The notes: generated by a model from the sequence alone, not told the origin. A stretch of 64,000 bases of DNA from Jeongeupia wiesaeckerbachi (GCF_050916355.1 NZ_CP136946.1:598162-662161); one strand, 5' to 3'. Counted from the stretch's first letter, positions 52,427 to 63,289 are shown. A program made the numbers and translations.

Positions 52427-53656
52427 ATGCTCAACCGTATCTGGGCCGGCTTCATTCTGCTGGCATTCGCCGTCGCCTGCGTGCAGGGCTTCGCGCTCGG
52501 CCAGCACGACGTGTTCCCGGCAATGACGCGGGCGATGTTCGATGCCGCCAAGCTCGGTTTCGAAGTCGCACTGGGGCTGACCGGCGTGATGACGCTGTGG
52601 CTCGGCATCATGAAGATCGGCGAGGCTGCCGGCCTGATCGCGCTGCTCGCCCGCCTGCTCGGGCCGCTGTTTGCCCGGCTGTTCCCCGGCGTGCCCGCCG
52701 GTCACCCGGCGCTTGGCGCGATGACGATGAATATCGCCGCCAATATGCTCGGCCTCGACAACGCCGCGACACCGCTCGGTCTGAAGGCGATGAAAGAGCT
52801 GCAAACGCTCAATCCGACACCCGACACGGCCACCGACGCGCAGGTGCTGTTTCTGGTCATCAACACCGCCGCGGTGACGCTGTTTCCGGTGACGATCTTC
52901 GCCTACCGCGCCCAACTCGGCGCAGCCGACCCGACCGACATTTTCATGCCGCTGCTGATCGCCAGCTTTAGCGCGACCATCGCCGGCATCGTGCTCGTCG
53001 GCCTGCGCCAGCGACTGCGGCTGCACGATCCGGTCGTGCTCGCCTATCTCGGCGGCCTGGCCGCGCTGATCGCCGGCGTCGCCGCCTGGTTCCTGCATCT
53101 GGCTCCGGACGAGCGCGCTGCGCAGTCGGCACTGGTCAGCAATTTCCTGTTGCTCGCCATCGTCGTCGTCTTTATCGCTACCGCCGTGTGGCGCCGCATC
53201 GACGTCTACGAGACCTTCATCGACGGCGCCAAGGAAGGCTTCAAGGTCGCGATCGGCATCGTGCCCTACCTGGTCGCCATGCTGATGGCGATCTCCCTGC
53301 TGCGCGCCAGCGGCGCGCTCGAACTGCTGCTGTCCGGCCTGCGCCACCTTGTGGGCATGCTTGGTTACGACAGCCGCTGGGTCGACGGGCTGCCGGTCGG
53401 CATCATGAAATCGCTGTCGGGCAGCGGCGCGCGGGCGCTGATGATCGACACGATGAAAACCGCCGGCGCCGACTCCTTCGCCGGCCGGCTGGTGTCGATC
53501 CTGCAGGGCAGCAGTGAGACCACTTTCTACGTGCTGGCCGTGTACTTCGGCTCGGTGGGCATCACCCGGACCCGCTACGCGGTCGGCTGTGGCCTGTTTG
53601 CCGATGCCGTCGGCTTCATCGCCTCGGTCTGGGTTGCCTATCTGTTTTTTGCTTAA
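52427..53656 (+). CDS. Membrane protein with duplicated nucleoside-recognition (Gate) domains (SpmA/SpmB-like)
   Basis: 409 aa, polytopic, with two Gate-like halves (GLDNAATPLGLKAMKEL...; ...SLSGSGARALMIDTMKTAG). Confidence 0.6.
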   Translation: MLNRIWAGFILLAFAVACVQGFALGQHDVFPAMTRAMFDAAKLGFEVALGLTGVMTLWLGIMKIGEAAGLIALLARLLGPLFARLFPGVPAGHPALGAMTMNIAANMLGLDNAATPLGLKAMKELQTLNPTPDTATDAQVLFLVINTAAVTLFPVTIFAYRAQLGAADPTDIFMPLLIASFSATIAGIVLVGLRQRLRLHDPVVLAYLGGLAALIAGVAAWFLHLAPDERAAQSALVSNFLLLAIVVVFIATAVWRRIDVYETFIDGAKEGFKVAIGIVPYLVAMLMAISLLRASGALELLLSGLRHLVGMLGYDSRWVDGLPVGIMKSLSGSGARALMIDTMKTAGADSFAGRLVSILQGSSETTFYVLAVYFGSVGITRTRYAVGCGLFADAVGFIASVWVAYLFFA

Positions 53657-53702
53657 CGCAAAAAAAGCTTTCATACCAGCGCAGAAATTTTGTAACAAAT
53701 CA

Positions 53703-53754
53703 CAGTAAATAATTATTTACTGGTAAGAATTTGAGCTAGGGTTATCCCTAGCTC
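53703..53754. promoter_or_regulatory. AT-rich promoter region with a perfect 20-bp palindrome and an adjacent 9-4-9 hairpin
   Basis: CAGTAAATAATTATTTACTG (53703-53722) and GAGCTAGGGttatCCCTAGCTC (53733-53754), directly upstream of TPR paralog 2. Confidence 0.35.
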
Positions 53755-53773
53755 ACCCATTACAAAAACAAAC

Positions 53774-54778
53774 ATGATCGATCTTCGCCCGCTGCTCAAC
53801 CGCGTTCGCCGCATCATCGCGTCGCAGACCGTCGAGGCCATTGCCCAGGCCGCACAGGTCCGCGAACTGGCCCGCCAGCAGGCGCAGCCGCTGGTCGAAG
53901 CCGAAGCGCTGATCCTGCACGGTCAGGCGATGCTGATCCTCGGCCGCTACGAAACAGGCCGCTCGGCCTTGCTGGCCGCGTTCGACATCGGCCGCAAGGT
54001 CGAACTCGGCCTCCTGCACGGCGAAGCAATGCACCAGCTCGCCCGCTCCTACTACGCGCTGGGCGACTATGACCGCACGGCCGGCTACTGGCTTGACTGT
54101 CTTGACTTGCCCACTACGCAAGCCGATGAAGACATACGTTGCCAAGTTCATATCGGCCTCGGTCAACTGCTGTACGCGCAAGAACAGTTCGAAGCCGCGC
54201 TGGCGCATCACCGGCACGCGGTCACGCTGACGAACGCCCCGCAACTGGCGCAATACCGCGCCACGGCCTTGATCAACGTCGCTGCCGACCAGTTGCAACT
54301 CAAGCGCTTCGACGAAGCCGATGCGGCGCTGAACGAAGCCCTGCCGCTGGTCCGGCAAAGCCAGCATGTCGAACACGAGGCCGAGGTTTTCGGCCTGCGC
54401 GCGCAGATCATCCTTGCCCGCGGCGACATCGAACGCGCCCGGCATCACCTGCGCGTCGCGCTCAAGCTCAGCCGCCTGCACAGCAATGGCTGGGGTGAAG
54501 CCTTCAACCTGATCACGCTGGGCCGTTGCAGCATTGCCGCCGGCCATTTCGACCATGCCCGCGACGAACTCGTCCAGGCCTTGCGCCTAGCCGAAGCGAT
54601 GGGCACGGCCAGCCTGGCCGCACGCGCCCATGAAGTGCTCGCCGATCTGTTCCAGCGCCTGGGTCAGCTCGCCGATGCGCAATCGCACCTGGACCGCTTC
54701 GCCAAGCTGCGCGAACAGCTGCTCGGCCAGCTATCAGCCTCCCGTTTTGCCACAATGGAACTGCGTCTCGCCGACTGA
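53774..54778 (+). CDS. TPR-repeat protein (paralog 2)
   Basis: 334 aa, see paralog 1. Confidence 0.6.
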   Translation: MIDLRPLLNRVRRIIASQTVEAIAQAAQVRELARQQAQPLVEAEALILHGQAMLILGRYETGRSALLAAFDIGRKVELGLLHGEAMHQLARSYYALGDYDRTAGYWLDCLDLPTTQADEDIRCQVHIGLGQLLYAQEQFEAALAHHRHAVTLTNAPQLAQYRATALINVAADQLQLKRFDEADAALNEALPLVRQSQHVEHEAEVFGLRAQIILARGDIERARHHLRVALKLSRLHSNGWGEAFNLITLGRCSIAAGHFDHARDELVQALRLAEAMGTASLAARAHEVLADLFQRLGQLADAQSHLDRFAKLREQLLGQLSASRFATMELRLAD

Positions 54779-54982
54779 CGCGCCGCAGCACGATGGCTTA
54801 CAAAGCCGCTTCAGCCAGCTTGGCTCTGGCCAAGATAGTGCCGATCGAGCGCAGGATGTAGTCAGGCACAGAGAAATACAGGCACGAGAATTGCATAACC
54901 CCAAGAAAATTGGGGGCTTCAAGGGGAATTTTTCCGATAAAATTCCACCTTTGAATCACAGCCTTAGCGAGATCGTCCTGTC

Positions 54983-57900
54983 ATGGCCGAGCTGACCGCC
55001 GCTTCCCCGCACCTCGCAACCGAACGCCTGCGCGAGATTCCGTACAACTACACCTCGTTCTCCGATCGCGAAATCGTGATCCGGCTGCTCGGTGAGGATG
55101 CATGGCAGACGCTCGAAGCACTGCGTGCCGAGCGCGTCACCGGCCGCTCCGCGCGGATGCTGTTCGAAGTGCTCGGCGATATCTGGGCGGTCAAGCGCAA
55201 CCCCTATCTCGAAGACGACCTGCTCGAGAACCCGAAGCGGCTGCGCCTGCTGGTCGATGCGATGCACCACCGGCTGTCGGAGATCGACAAGCGCCGCGAA
55301 GGCAATGACCGCGTCGGCATGCTGGCCGAGCGCGCCCGCCACGCGGTCGATGCGTTCGAGCACGATTTCCGCGACGTCGCCGGCCTGCGCAAGAAAGTGC
55401 TGCGCCGCATGGGCGGGCTGACCCGTCGCGACAACATCTGCTTCGACGGTCTCGCCCGCGTCTCGCACGTCACTGACGCGACCGACTGGCGCGTCGAGTA
55501 CCCGTTCGTCGTACTTTCCCCCGATACCGAAGCCGAAATGGCGCCGCTGGTCGCCGCCTGTATCGAGCTGGGGCTGACCGTCATCCCGCGCGGCGGCGGC
55601 ACCGGCTACACCGGCGGCGCCGTGCCGCTGACGCCGATGAGCGCGGTCATCAACACCGAGAAGCTCGACCGCCACAACGGCGTCGAGCGGATGATGATTG
55701 CCGGCGTCGATCACGAGATCGCCACGATCCAGTGCGGTGCCGGCGTCGTCACCCGCCGGGTGATGGAAGCCGCCGAAGCGGCCGGCCTCGCCTTCGCCGT
55801 CGATCCGACCTCGGCCGACGCCTCGTGCATCGGCGGCAATGTCGCGATGAACGCCGGCGGCAAGAAAGCCGTGCTCTGGGGCACCGCGCTCGATAACCTC
55901 ATCAGCTGGAAGATGGTCGATCCGGACGGCAACTGGAAATTCATCGAGCGGCTCGATCACAACCTCGGCAAGATCCACGATGCGCCGCAGGCGACGTTCC
56001 GCATCACGACGTACAAGCCCGACGGCAAGACCCGGCTGCACGAAGAGACCCTGGTCATCCCAGGCCGCGCCTTCCGCAAGGAAGGCCTCGGCAAGGACGT
56101 CACCGACAAGTTCCTCGCCGGCCTGCCCGGCGTGCAGAAGGAAGGCACCGACGGACTGATCACCAGCGCCCGTTTCGTGCTGCACCGGATGCCGGCGCAT
56201 GTGCGCACCGTCTGCCTCGAATTCTTCGGCGAAGTCAGCCGCGCCGTACCGTCGATCGTCGAAATCAAGGACTACCTCGACGCGCACGCCAAGGTCCAGC
56301 TCGCCGGTCTCGAACACCTCGACTGGCGCTATGTGCGCGCCGTCGGCTACGCCAGCAAGGCCAAGAGCCGCGGCCGGCCGAAGATGGTGCTGATCGCCGA
56401 CCTGGTGTCCGACGACGAAACCGCCGTCGGCGAGGCCGCGTCCCACGTCGTCAAGCTCGCCAACGCGCGCAGTGGCGAAGGTTTCATCGCCGTCACCGCC
56501 GAAACGCGCAAGAAGTTCTGGCTCGACCGCGCCCGCACCGCGGCGATCTCGAAGCACACCAATGCGTTCAAGATCAACGAGGACGTGGTGATTCCGCTGC
56601 CGCGCCTTGGCGAATACTCGGACGCGATCGAACGGATCAATATCGAGCTGTCGATCGACAACAAGCTCGAACTGCTCGAACGGCTGAGCGATTTTTTCGA
56701 GCAGGGCATCCTGCCGGTCGACTTTGCCGATTCGCCGCTGAGCCGCGATGCGCTGATCGGCGATCGCCGCAGCGCCGCGCTCGAGCTGATCGGCCGCGCC
56801 CGCACGCACTGGCGCTGGATTCGCGACCACCTCGACGACGCGTTCGAGGCCTATCTCGCCAACTTCCCGGAACAGCCGCTCGAACGCGAGCTCGCCGCCG
56901 GCGAAACGCCGCAGAGCGTCTTCCTGGCGCTGCGCGATTTCGTCCTGCGCGTCTCGTACAAGCGCGAGTTGCTGACCGACTTCGAGTCGATGTTCTCGAG
57001 CCGCAACGACAAGCCGCTGCTCGACGCGGTGATCGCGATCCAGCAGCAGGTGCTCAAGGGACGCACCTGGGTGGCGCTGCACATGCACGCCGGCGACGGC
57101 AACGTCCACACCAATATCCCGGTGAACTCGGACGACTACGCCATGCTGCAGCGCGCGCACCATGCGGTGGCGCGCATCATGGACGTCGCACGCGAGTTGA
57201 ACGGCGTGATTTCGGGCGAGCACGGCATCGGCATCACCAAGTACGAATTCCTGACCCGCGACGAACTGGCACCGTTTGAAGCCTACAAGCAAAAGGTCGA
57301 CCCGCAGGGCCACTTCAACAAGGGCAAGCTGCTGCCGGGCGCTGACCTGACCAATGCCTATACGCCGTCGTTCAGCCTGCTCGGCGCCGAATCGCTGATC
57401 CTCGAGCAATCGGACATCGGCAATATCGCCGAATCGATCAAGGATTGCCTGCGCTGCGGCAAGTGCAAGCCGGTCTGTACCACGCACGTCCCGCGTGCCA
57501 ACCTGCTGTACAGCCCGCGCAACAAGATCCTCGCCACCGGCCTCTTGACCGAAGCCTTCCTGTACGAGGAACAGACGCGCCGCGGCGTGTCGCTGAAGCA
57601 CTTCGAAGAGCTCGGCGACGTCGCCGACCATTGCACCGTCTGCCACCGCTGCGTCAATCCGTGTCCGGTGAAGATCGACTTCGGCGACGTGTCGGTCGCG
57701 ATGCGCAATTTCCTGCGCAAGGAAGGCCAGAAGAAATTCAATCCGGGCACCGCGCTCGGCATGACCTTCCTGACCGTCAAGGATCCGGCGACGATCAAGG
57801 CGATGCGCGTCGGCATGATCGGCATCGGCTACAAGGCGCAGCGCCTTGGCCACAAGCTGGCCAAGCGCTTCGGCCTGATCAAGAGCGTCACCAAGCAGCC

Positions 57901-58864
57901 GCCGGCGACGCTGGGCAAGCCGCCGCTCAAGACGCAGATCATCCACTTCGTCAACAAGCCGCTGCCGGCCAAGGTACCGTTGCGCACCGCGCGCGGCATG
58001 CTCGACGTCGAAGACGCCAGCGTCATCCCGGTGATCCGCGATCCGGAGATCCGTCAGGAAGAACGCGAATCGGTGTTCTACTTCCCGGGCTGCGGCTCCG
58101 AGCGGCTGTTCTCGCAGGTTGGTCTGGCGACACAGGCGATGCTCTGGCACGTCGGCACCACCACGGTGCTACCGCCGGGCTATCTGTGCTGCGGCTATCC
58201 GCAGGCGTCCAGCGGCTATGGCGACAAGGGCGAGAAGATCACCACCGAGAACCGGGTGCTGTTCCACCGGGTCGCCAACACGCTGAACTATCTCGACATC
58301 AAGACCGTGATCGTCTCGTGCGGTACCTGCATGGATCAGCTGATGAAGTACCAGTTCGAGCAGATCTTCCCGGGTTGCCGCCTCTTGGACATCCACGAGT
58401 ACCTGCTTGAGAAGGGCGTGAAGCTCGATGGCGTCGGCGGTGAGCGCTACATGTACCACGAGCCCTGCCACACGCCGATGAAGCAATACAAGGGCATCGA
58501 CGTCGCCAACGAGCTGATGGGCACACGTGTCGACCTGAATGACCGCTGCTGCGGCGAATCGGGCACCTTCGCCGTGACCCGGCCGGACATCGCCACCCAG
58601 GTGCGCTTCCGCAAGCAGGAAGAGATGCAGAAGGGTGCCGACACGCTGCGTGCCGAAGTCGCCGTCGCCGACGCCAAGCAGCCGGTCAAGGTGCTGACAA
58701 GCTGCCCGTCGTGCCTGCAGGGGCTGCAGCGCTACGACGATGACGCCGGTACCACCGCCGATTACATCGTTGTTGAAATGGCGAAAAAGATCCTCGGCGA
58801 CGATTGGTTGAGCGAGTACGTCGACAAGGCGCGCAACGGCGGGATCGAGCGCGTTCTGCTCTGA
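54983..58864 (+). CDS. Large FAD-binding and Fe-S-binding oxidoreductase (DUF3683 N-terminus, GlcD-like FAD domain, 4Fe-4S, GlcF-like CCG domains; YdiJ-like)
   Basis: 1293 aa with a PCMH-type FAD-binding region ([14 protein letters not shown]), a ferredoxin-type Cys cluster ([14 protein letters not shown]...[12 protein letters not shown]) and C-terminal CCG cysteine motifs. Confidence 0.88.
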   Translation: MAELTAASPHLATERLREIPYNYTSFSDREIVIRLLGEDAWQTLEALRAERVTGRSARMLFEVLGDIWAVKRNPYLEDDLLENPKRLRLLVDAMHHRLSEIDKRREGNDRVGMLAERARHAVDAFEHDFRDVAGLRKKVLRRMGGLTRRDNICFDGLARVSHVTDATDWRVEYPFVVLSPDTEAEMAPLVAACIELGLTVIPRGGGTGYTGGAVPLTPMSAVINTEKLDRHNGVERMMIAGVDHEIATIQCGAGVVTRRVMEAAEAAGLAFAVDPTSADASCIGGNVAMNAGGKKAVLWGTALDNLISWKMVDPDGNWKFIERLDHNLGKIHDAPQATFRITTYKPDGKTRLHEETLVIPGRAFRKEGLGKDVTDKFLAGLPGVQKEGTDGLITSARFVLHRMPAHVRTVCLEFFGEVSRAVPSIVEIKDYLDAHAKVQLAGLEHLDWRYVRAVGYASKAKSRGRPKMVLIADLVSDDETAVGEAASHVVKLANARSGEGFIAVTAETRKKFWLDRARTAAISKHTNAFKINEDVVIPLPRLGEYSDAIERINIELSIDNKLELLERLSDFFEQGILPVDFADSPLSRDALIGDRRSAALELIGRARTHWRWIRDHLDDAFEAYLANFPEQPLERELAAGETPQSVFLALRDFVLRVSYKRELLTDFESMFSSRNDKPLLDAVIAIQQQVLKGRTWVALHMHAGDGNVHTNIPVNSDDYAMLQRAHHAVARIMDVARELNGVISGEHGIGITKYEFLTRDELAPFEAYKQKVDPQGHFNKGKLLPGADLTNAYTPSFSLLGAESLILEQSDIGNIAESIKDCLRCGKCKPVCTTHVPRANLLYSPRNKILATGLLTEAFLYEEQTRRGVSLKHFEELGDVADHCTVCHRCVNPCPVKIDFGDVSVAMRNFLRKEGQKKFNPGTALGMTFLTVKDPATIKAMRVGMIGIGYKAQRLGHKLAKRFGLIKSVTKQPPATLGKPPLKTQIIHFVNKPLPAKVPLRTARGMLDVEDASVIPVIRDPEIRQEERESVFYFPGCGSERLFSQVGLATQAMLWHVGTTTVLPPGYLCCGYPQASSGYGDKGEKITTENRVLFHRVANTLNYLDIKTVIVSCGTCMDQLMKYQFEQIFPGCRLLDIHEYLLEKGVKLDGVGGERYMYHEPCHTPMKQYKGIDVANELMGTRVDLNDRCCGESGTFAVTRPDIATQVRFRKQEEMQKGADTLRAEVAVADAKQPVKVLTSCPSCLQGLQRYDDDAGTTADYIVVEMAKKILGDDWLSEYVDKARNGGIERVLL

Positions 58865-58880
58865 TCCGTCACCGTACAGC

Positions 58881-58918
58881 AACGGGGCATCCCTTCCAGG
58901 GCATGCCCCGTTGTTTAT
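58881..58918 (+). terminator. Putative terminator
   Basis: aacggggcat...atgccccgtt stem followed by gtttat. Confidence 0.45.
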
Positions 58919-58963
58919 GGGACGCCCTTGCGGTAATAATCGCATCTACATAAGGAAAGGGTA

Positions 58964-59401
58964 ATGGAACGCGATTGCGTCTTGTGCAGTGAAAACGGCG
59001 GCGAACTGGTGTGGCACAACGATTTGTGCCGGGTCATCCTCGCCGACGAGGCCGGCTACCCAGGCTTTTGCCGGGTCGTTCTGTCGCGCCACGTTGCAGA
59101 AATGACCGATCTGCCCCCCGCCGATCGTCAGCGACTAATGGCCGTCGTGTTCGCGGTCGAAACGGCGCTGCGTACGGTACTCTCGCCCGACAAAATCAAT
59201 CTCGCCAGCCTGGGCAATGTCGTGCCGCACCTGCATTGGCATGTCATTCCGCGCTGGCAAGACGACGCGACATTCCCGGCTCCGATCTGGGCCAGCCCGG
59301 TTCGCCCCGGTGCCCAGCACGGAATGGCCGCCGACACATTGGCGCGTCTGCGCCAAACCCTGCAACACCTTGAACCCGAGGCTATCCAGAGCCTGCCATG
59401 A
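58964..59401 (+). CDS. HIT-family (histidine triad) protein
   Basis: HxHxHxx motif (VPHLHWHVIPR) and an N-terminal CxxC. Confidence 0.85.
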   Translation: MERDCVLCSENGGELVWHNDLCRVILADEAGYPGFCRVVLSRHVAEMTDLPPADRQRLMAVVFAVETALRTVLSPDKINLASLGNVVPHLHWHVIPRWQDDATFPAPIWASPVRPGAQHGMAADTLARLRQTLQHLEPEAIQSLP

Positions 59402-61020
59402 CCGACCTGTCGATACACCAGACCCTCAGCGGTACCCTGCCCTTCAGCGATGCGCGTACGGCCAAGTCCTGGCTGCAACTGCTGCCGCTGATCAATACAC
59501 CGGTCGCGCATGCCGAGCTGTCCGACGCGATCACCCAGCTTGCCAGCAGCGGCATCGCGCCGTATGAAACGCTGAAAATCCTCGAGCTGCTGCGCGAGCC
59601 CCTGCACGTCGTCCAGGGCGCGCTCGCCGAACGCTTCCTCGGCCGCGCTTTGCCGCTGGGCTCCGACGAAGCCCACGCCCGCGATGCCACCGTCGCCCTC
59701 TGGACCCGGCTCGCCGACCTGTACGGCACCGGCCTCGATGCCGCGCTGGCAGGCGACGCCGAAATCGCCCCGCATAGCGCGTTGCTGGCGCAGCGCCGGA
59801 TGCGCTATCTGGCACTGGCTGCGCGCGAATCGCTGCTCAGCTACCGCCCCATTCCGGCCGAACTCTGGCAGCAGCTGTTCGACAGCTATCAGTTGATCGA
59901 AGCCAACGGACTGGCGGAAAAATCCGCCAAGGACAGCCTGCTCAAGGTCGCCGGCGTCGCCACGCCGCAACATGCCTTCGTCCATTTGCTGCTGCTCGCC
60001 GCGTCGTCGCCGTTTCACTTTACCGGGCGGCAAATCCGCTGGCTGGACGAGCACCTGCCATCGCTGGCGCAACGCACGCCGCTGGAACGCGAAGCCGCGG
60101 CGCTGCCAGGACGCGGCAGCCTGCAGATCGACTTCGCCCAGCCCGGTGCGCCGCGCCGGATCGAGCCCCGCCTGTTCGGCGAGACCGTTCGCGAGCTCGA
60201 TACCTTGCAGCTGGCACAGGCGCTATCACGGCGCATCAAGCTGTTGCGCCAGGGCGAGAACCCGGAAAAGCTCGGCCTCGGCAACCAGTTCGCCGCCGCA
60301 CAGGTCGAAACGCTGCTGGTCGAGCTCTACCGCACCTGGTGCGAACAACCGAGCGAACGCGCGCTACCGCGCCACGACAGCCGCCGAGAGCTTGAAGCCG
60401 TATTCGGCCTGCCGCGCCAGCACGCGCTGATCGGCCATGAACGTTTCGCGCTGCCCGACGATGGCCCTGCCCCACTCGGCAGCCAGGATCTGGTCCGGTT
60501 GCAACTGTTCGGTCAGGCGACCGTTGCCGGCGCCACCGGCCCGAACACCGTGACGCCACAGCCGGGTGAGTGCTGGCAGGTCCGCAACGAGTCGGCACAG
60601 GGCTTGCGCCTGTCCCGCAGCAGCGATGCCGGCGGACGCATCGCCCTGCAGCAGCTGCTGTCGGTCCAGCTTGAGGGCAACCACTATCTTGGCGTCGTAC
60701 GCTGGCTGCAGGAAAACGACGGCTGCGTCGAAGTCGGCGTCCGGCTGATGCCGGGCTTGCCCGCCGCGGCGGCGATCCGCCCGGTCGAGCTGGCCTACTC
60801 GGACCGGCGCGGCTGGATCGAATGCCTGTCGCTGCCGGCGGTCGCGGCCTTGCGCGCACCGCTGTCGCTGATCCTGCCGGTGGGCTGGTACCGTCGCGGC
60901 CGGCTGATCGAGTGGTGGGATGGCAACACGCTGAAAAAGATGCGCGTCGAAACGCTGATCGAACGCGGCGTCGACTTCGAACGGATGCATGTCGTCCCGG
61001 CCGGCCAACAGCGCCGCTGA
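59398..61020 (+). CDS. Hypothetical protein (540 aa), translationally coupled to the HIT gene; C-terminal region possibly PilZ-like
   Basis: Its start overlaps the HIT stop (ATGA). No catalytic motif. The C-terminal third has an R...(N)xSxxG-like arrangement that is weakly reminiscent of PilZ. Confidence 0.55.
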   Translation: MTDLSIHQTLSGTLPFSDARTAKSWLQLLPLINTPVAHAELSDAITQLASSGIAPYETLKILELLREPLHVVQGALAERFLGRALPLGSDEAHARDATVALWTRLADLYGTGLDAALAGDAEIAPHSALLAQRRMRYLALAARESLLSYRPIPAELWQQLFDSYQLIEANGLAEKSAKDSLLKVAGVATPQHAFVHLLLLAASSPFHFTGRQIRWLDEHLPSLAQRTPLEREAAALPGRGSLQIDFAQPGAPRRIEPRLFGETVRELDTLQLAQALSRRIKLLRQGENPEKLGLGNQFAAAQVETLLVELYRTWCEQPSERALPRHDSRRELEAVFGLPRQHALIGHERFALPDDGPAPLGSQDLVRLQLFGQATVAGATGPNTVTPQPGECWQVRNESAQGLRLSRSSDAGGRIALQQLLSVQLEGNHYLGVVRWLQENDGCVEVGVRLMPGLPAAAAIRPVELAYSDRRGWIECLSLPAVAALRAPLSLILPVGWYRRGRLIEWWDGNTLKKMRVETLIERGVDFERMHVVPAGQQRR

Positions 61021-61037
61021 GTACTGCGCAACGATGC

Positions 61038-61072
61038 GACAACGCCGCGTGTAACGCGGCGTTGTCGTTTCA
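61038..61072. terminator. Bidirectional hairpin terminator
   Basis: cgacaacgccgcgtgtaacgcggcgttgtcg followed by ttt. Confidence 0.6.
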
Positions 61073-61828
61073 GAACGCCAGCGTCTGCCCGCCGGCGAGC
61101 GCGGCAATCCGGTGCACGCCGTTGCGTGCCTCCGCAACGATGCGCGCAGCGTCGAGCGGTTTCAGATGGGTCAGCCAGATATCGACGGCGGGATCGATCC
61201 GCGCCAGGGCCGGCAACAGCGTCACCGGCGCATAGTGCTGCGACACGCGCGCCAGCCCGGCTTCGCGATTGCTGAATGCGGTCTCGATGATCAGCGCCCG
61301 CAAGCGCTCGACCGTCGTCAGCGCATTCCAGAACGCCGGACAATCGGCACTATCCCCCGAGAACGCGATCGCGCCGGTGTCGGTCTCGAACAGATAGCCC
61401 AGCGCCGGCACCGTGTGCTGTGCCGGCAACGCGGTAATGCGCAGCCCATCGATGTCGCACGACTCGCCGACGCCGATCGGCGCCCAGCGCAGCAGACCGT
61501 TGTCCGCATCGGGAATCACGCTGAAGTCGGGCCAGAGCTGCCAGTTGAACACATGCGCCTGCAAGGTCGCGATGGTCTGCGGCAGGGCATGCACGGTAAC
61601 CGGCTGGCGCCGCGCACTGATGACGGTGTCAAGCAGCATCGGCAGGCAGGCGATGTGATCGAAATGCGAGTGCGTCAGGAAAACATGGTCGATGTCGCAC
61701 AGCGCTTCGAGCGACAGCTCGCCGACACCGGTGCCGGCATCGATCAGCACCCGCTCGCCGAGCAAAAGCGACGTCGTCCTTGCCGTTCCGCCGATGCCGC
61801 CGCTGCAGCCGAGCACCCGCAACTGCAT
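61070..61828 (-). CDS. Class II 3',5'-cyclic-nucleotide phosphodiesterase (MBL-fold)
   Basis: 252 aa from MQLRVLGCSGGIGG. Class II PDE signature HxHxDH (LTHSHFDHIACLPMLLDTV). Confidence 0.7.
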   Translation of the reverse strand: MQLRVLGCSGGIGGTARTTSLLLGERVLIDAGTGVGELSLEALCDIDHVFLTHSHFDHIACLPMLLDTVISARRQPVTVHALPQTIATLQAHVFNWQLWPDFSVIPDADNGLLRWAPIGVGESCDIDGLRITALPAQHTVPALGYLFETDTGAIAFSGDSADCPAFWNALTTVERLRALIIETAFSNREAGLARVSQHYAPVTLLPALARIDPAVDIWLTHLKPLDAARIVAEARNGVHRIAALAGGQTLAF

Positions 61829-61830
61829 GA

Positions 61831-62436
61831 TCAGCCGCGGAAGAAAAACGCCAGGCGAACACCGACCAGTTCGATCAGGTCTTCCTCGGCCAGCAGCAGC
61901 GGCTCGTCGCCGACCGACTTGCCATTGACATGAGGTCGGGTCGCGCCTTCGACGTGCGAAAGGTAGTAGCCCAGGGGCCGCCGCACTACCGTGGCGACCT
62001 GCACGCCCGGTTTCCCCAGCGAGGTGACCGTCTTGCTCAGGACGATCTCGCGGCCGCTGTTGCCGCCGGTCAGCACCTTGATCACGCCCAGCCTGGCCGC
62101 GGTGGGTTCGCGCAACACCATTGTTTCGGCGTAAGCGCCCGGCGCCTGCGGCTCGCACCAGTAGCGCAGCATGTAGCGACCGACACCGATTTCGTCGCCG
62201 TTGCGCAGCACGGTCCGCGCGGCCGGCGTGCCGTTGACGGTGGTGCCATTGGTACTGCCGAGGTCTTCGACCACGTGATCGTCGCCATCGCGAACGATGC
62301 GCGCGTGCTCACCGGAGACCGCAAGGTTCTCGATCTGCAGATCGTTCTGCGGTCGACGGCCTATCGCGAACACGTCCCGGTGAATGCGGTATTCCTTGAT
62401 GACGTTACCGTCGAGGCAAAGCAGCAGTTTCGCCAT
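61831..62436 (-). CDS. FHA-domain protein (two FHA-like modules)
   Basis: FHA core (GRRPQNDLQIENLAVSGEHARIV...GSTNGTTVNG) and a second degenerate FHA-like half. It ends 3 bp before the PDE gene. Confidence 0.8.
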   Translation of the reverse strand: MAKLLLCLDGNVIKEYRIHRDVFAIGRRPQNDLQIENLAVSGEHARIVRDGDDHVVEDLGSTNGTTVNGTPAARTVLRNGDEIGVGRYMLRYWCEPQAPGAYAETMVLREPTAARLGVIKVLTGGNSGREIVLSKTVTSLGKPGVQVATVVRRPLGYYLSHVEGATRPHVNGKSVGDEPLLLAEEDLIELVGVRLAFFFRG

Positions 62437-62473
62437 GGTGTTCAGGATGTAATGGCGCGCAGCGCGCGCGGGG

Positions 62474-63289
62474 TCAGCTCAACCAGGCTGTCAGCCTGGA
62501 CCAGAAGCCGGCATTGGCCGGATACGGGCGGCGAACCGCCGCCAGAATGACCGATATATTGTCATGACCGCCGCGATGATTGGCGGCCTGAACCAGCTGC
62601 ATTGCAGCCAAGGACGCATTGTCCTTCAAAGTCAGAAGAATGTCAGTGATCTGCGCATCGGCCACCATGTCGGTGAGACCGTCCGAACACAGCAGGTAGA
62701 GGTCATCCGGCTCGGCATCAAACTCGCTCAGATCGGCGTCAACCTCAGTATCGATGCCCATGGCACGGGTCAGCAGGTTGCGCTGCGCAGCCTGACGGGT
62801 GTCGGTTTCCTCGACCAGGCCCAGGTCGATCTGCTCCTGCAGCAACGAGTGGTCGTGGGTGAGCCTTGTAAGCTCCCCGTTGCGTAAACGGTACATCCGC
62901 GAATCGCCGACATGCGCGACCAAAATGCGATTGTCATAAAATACCGCCACAACCAGCGTCGTTCCCATCCCTGAGTACTGCGGCTGCGAGATTGCATTGT
63001 CGTAGATCGTTCGATTGGCTTCGTCGATCGCCTGCATCAGCCAACCGGTCAGCGACAGCTGCGTGCTGCGTGCCAGCGGTGGCGAAGGCAGCGGCTGCGA
63101 CAGGCGTCGCGACAGCACGTCGACGGCCATGGCGCTGGCCACCTCACCAGCGTTGTAGCCCCCCATGCCGTCGGCGAGTACGACAAACCCGGCATCGGCA
63201 TCCCAGGCAATCGCGTCCTCGTTCTGCGCACGCACCAGTCCCGGATCGGTCTGTCCGACCATTTCCAGCGCCTGCGATAGCCTTGCCAT
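62474..63289 (-). CDS. PP2C-family Ser/Thr protein phosphatase (Stp1/PrpC-like)
   Basis: Conserved PP2C motifs (VLADGMGG, TLVVAVFYDNRILVAHVGDSRMY, LLCSDGLTD, GGHDNISV). Confidence 0.9.
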   Translation of the reverse strand: MARLSQALEMVGQTDPGLVRAQNEDAIAWDADAGFVVLADGMGGYNAGEVASAMAVDVLSRRLSQPLPSPPLARSTQLSLTGWLMQAIDEANRTIYDNAISQPQYSGMGTTLVVAVFYDNRILVAHVGDSRMYRLRNGELTRLTHDHSLLQEQIDLGLVEETDTRQAAQRNLLTRAMGIDTEVDADLSEFDAEPDDLYLLCSDGLTDMVADAQITDILLTLKDNASLAAMQLVQAANHRGGHDNISVILAAVRRPYPANAGFWSRLTAWLS

